From assembly GCA_963575745.1 (NCBI GenBank), contig CAUYUJ010000106.1, positions 1 through 64,000 on the forward strand: a DNA stretch of 64,000 nucleotides, written 5' to 3'. Both the position numbers and the translations under genes were made by a program. This stretch comes from Prorocentrum cordatum. Its lineage: Eukaryota. The notes under the pieces were generated by a model. The model was not told the DNA's origin and made no database searches. It saw only the letters and a program-made list of their open reading frames with translations. Shown one piece after another: positions 62,500-64,000 of this stretch (position 1 is its first letter; each line of letters begins with the position of its first letter).

Positions 62500-63401
62500 G
62501 CGCGCGCGCACACACACATACACACACGCACGCACACACACACACACACAGACACAGACACAGACACAGACACAGACACACACACACACACACACACACA
62601 CACTGGCGGCGCGCACAAGGGGGTGGAGGGAGGGGGGAGGGCTTCGTAGGAAGCTGTTTCTTAGAAGGCGCCGGCCTTATATCTACAGATCAGGCCCGCA
62701 CCTTCTAAGAAGCAGGGGTGCTTCTAAGAAACCCTCCCCCCTCCCCCCCCCTCCGGGCGCCGCCCTCGAGGCTCCCCAGAGAGCCCCAAGGGCCGCAACG
62801 CCGACAACAGCCCTCCAAGATGGTTCAAGAGTGCTCCGAGATGCCACGCGCTCGCTTCAAGACGTCCAAGATGGCTCCCAGACGCCCCAACAGGCCCCCA
62901 AGAGGCGTCCCAAGAGGGCATTAAGAGGACAAAATCGTGAGATTCCTTTGGCAAAACGTATATTTTTAGCAGATTCGCCACTTGAGCTTTCGCAACGTCA
63001 AAAGCGGCCCAACAGGCCCCCAAGATCGCCCAAGACGGCCCAAAAGGCCCCCAAGAGAGCCCAATACCGCCCCAGAGGGCCCCAAGACGACCCAATAGGC
63101 CTCCAAGACAACCCAAGAGGCCCCCAAGACGGCTCCAAGAGGTGGTGCAGACGGGAGACCCGCACGGATATTTCGAGACCTCGGCCCCGAGAGGCCCCCA
63201 GGAGCGCCCAAGAGGCCCTCGAAAGGCTCCCAAGAGGCCCCAAGAGGCCCCCAAGAGGCCCTAAGATGCCCCTGCGAGGCCCTCAGGAGGCCCCCACGAG
63301 GCCCCCAAGCGGCCCCAGGAGGCCCCCAAATGCCCTCCCAAGCACGCAAGCAAGTGCCAGCGATGCTACAATATGGGCCGGCGGAATGAGCGAAGCGATT
63401 G
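60799..63401. mobile_element. AAT-bounded insertion, duplicate of 16130-18660
   Basis: Same termini; differs mainly in the (ca)n tract. Confidence 0.8.
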
Positions 63402-64000
63402 AATAATCCATGACCTGCTCCGTCGGAAAGAACGGGGGGAAGTCAGCTCGGACGCGTTGGGCAGATTGCTCCATCGTATCTCCGTCGAAGAGTGGATGCA
63501 CCGACATGATTTCTTCTGTTCTGCGGTTTTGAATCCTCAGAAGCTGGGCTGCCGCCACCTCCTCGAACTCCGCCCAAAATCTACTCTTGTCGGCGGCGTC
63601 TGCGTCGTCCGCGTGCGTCGGCTTGAATGCAACATTCGTGTCGAAACCCAAGTCGGCAGCGACTTGTGCAAATGAAACGTTCGCGCCCAAGTGGGACACA
63701 GCAGCCTGGACCTGGTCGTTACCGTGAAACCCGCGGACGCTGACGGCGGCGGTCTCCCTCAAGCTGTCGGAGGCTCCGCCGCTCCGCGGGTAACATGCGC
63801 CTTCAGCAGCTTTTTCAAAACGATACTCGGTGCACCCGTCGTTGCCCGCCAGCGCCCTCCGTTGGGCGGCTCGCGGGCTGCCGCGGGATCCTCCGGCCCG
63901 CAGCGCCACAGACGGCTTCGCGATAGCCGCAATCGTATCTGTGGAATACAAGGATGCTCCGCTCTGGCTCTTGGGCAGGACGCGATCCGCTTGTCGGCGT
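63402..64000 (-). CDS. Haloperoxidase-like gene copy 2, segment 1 (partial; continues beyond the window)
   Basis: Translation matches 18661-19259. Confidence 0.85.

Larger units (their letters stand above)
53464..64000. repeat. Segmental duplication, copy 2 (runs off the window end)
   Basis: Matches 8822-19259 at an offset of ~44.7 kb. Confidence 0.95.

Overview
GC-rich, repeat-dense eukaryotic DNA, most likely a dinoflagellate nuclear genome (inferred from a relic spliced-leader fragment, the tyrosine-recombinase retroelement type and the microsatellite load). Main contents: (1) a ~7.5 kb imperfect foldback at the window start, with arrays of a 48-bp palindrome at its apex; (2) a minus-strand gene (20542->13871, ~1028 aa once joined) encoding two tandem vanadium-haloperoxidase/PAP2-like domains plus a C-terminal GDPH-motif domain. 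Its second catalytic domain is interrupted by two insertions that lack GT-AG at the homology-defined junctions, are bounded by AAT/ATT direct repeats, have structurally matched ends, and restore the frame when removed precisely; (3) a disrupted ORF carrying a TA-flanked MITE and a probable excision footprint; (4) a complete 10.1 kb split-direct-repeat (PAT/Ngaro-like) retrotransposon with one 3045-aa ORF (RT, RNase H, J-like segment, recombinase with apparently substituted catalytic residues); (5) a >10.5 kb segmental duplication that re-copies the 3' part of the haloperoxidase gene with both insertions; and (6) many satellites and ATT-bounded non-autonomous elements. Most ORFs in the supplied track are repeat artefacts.
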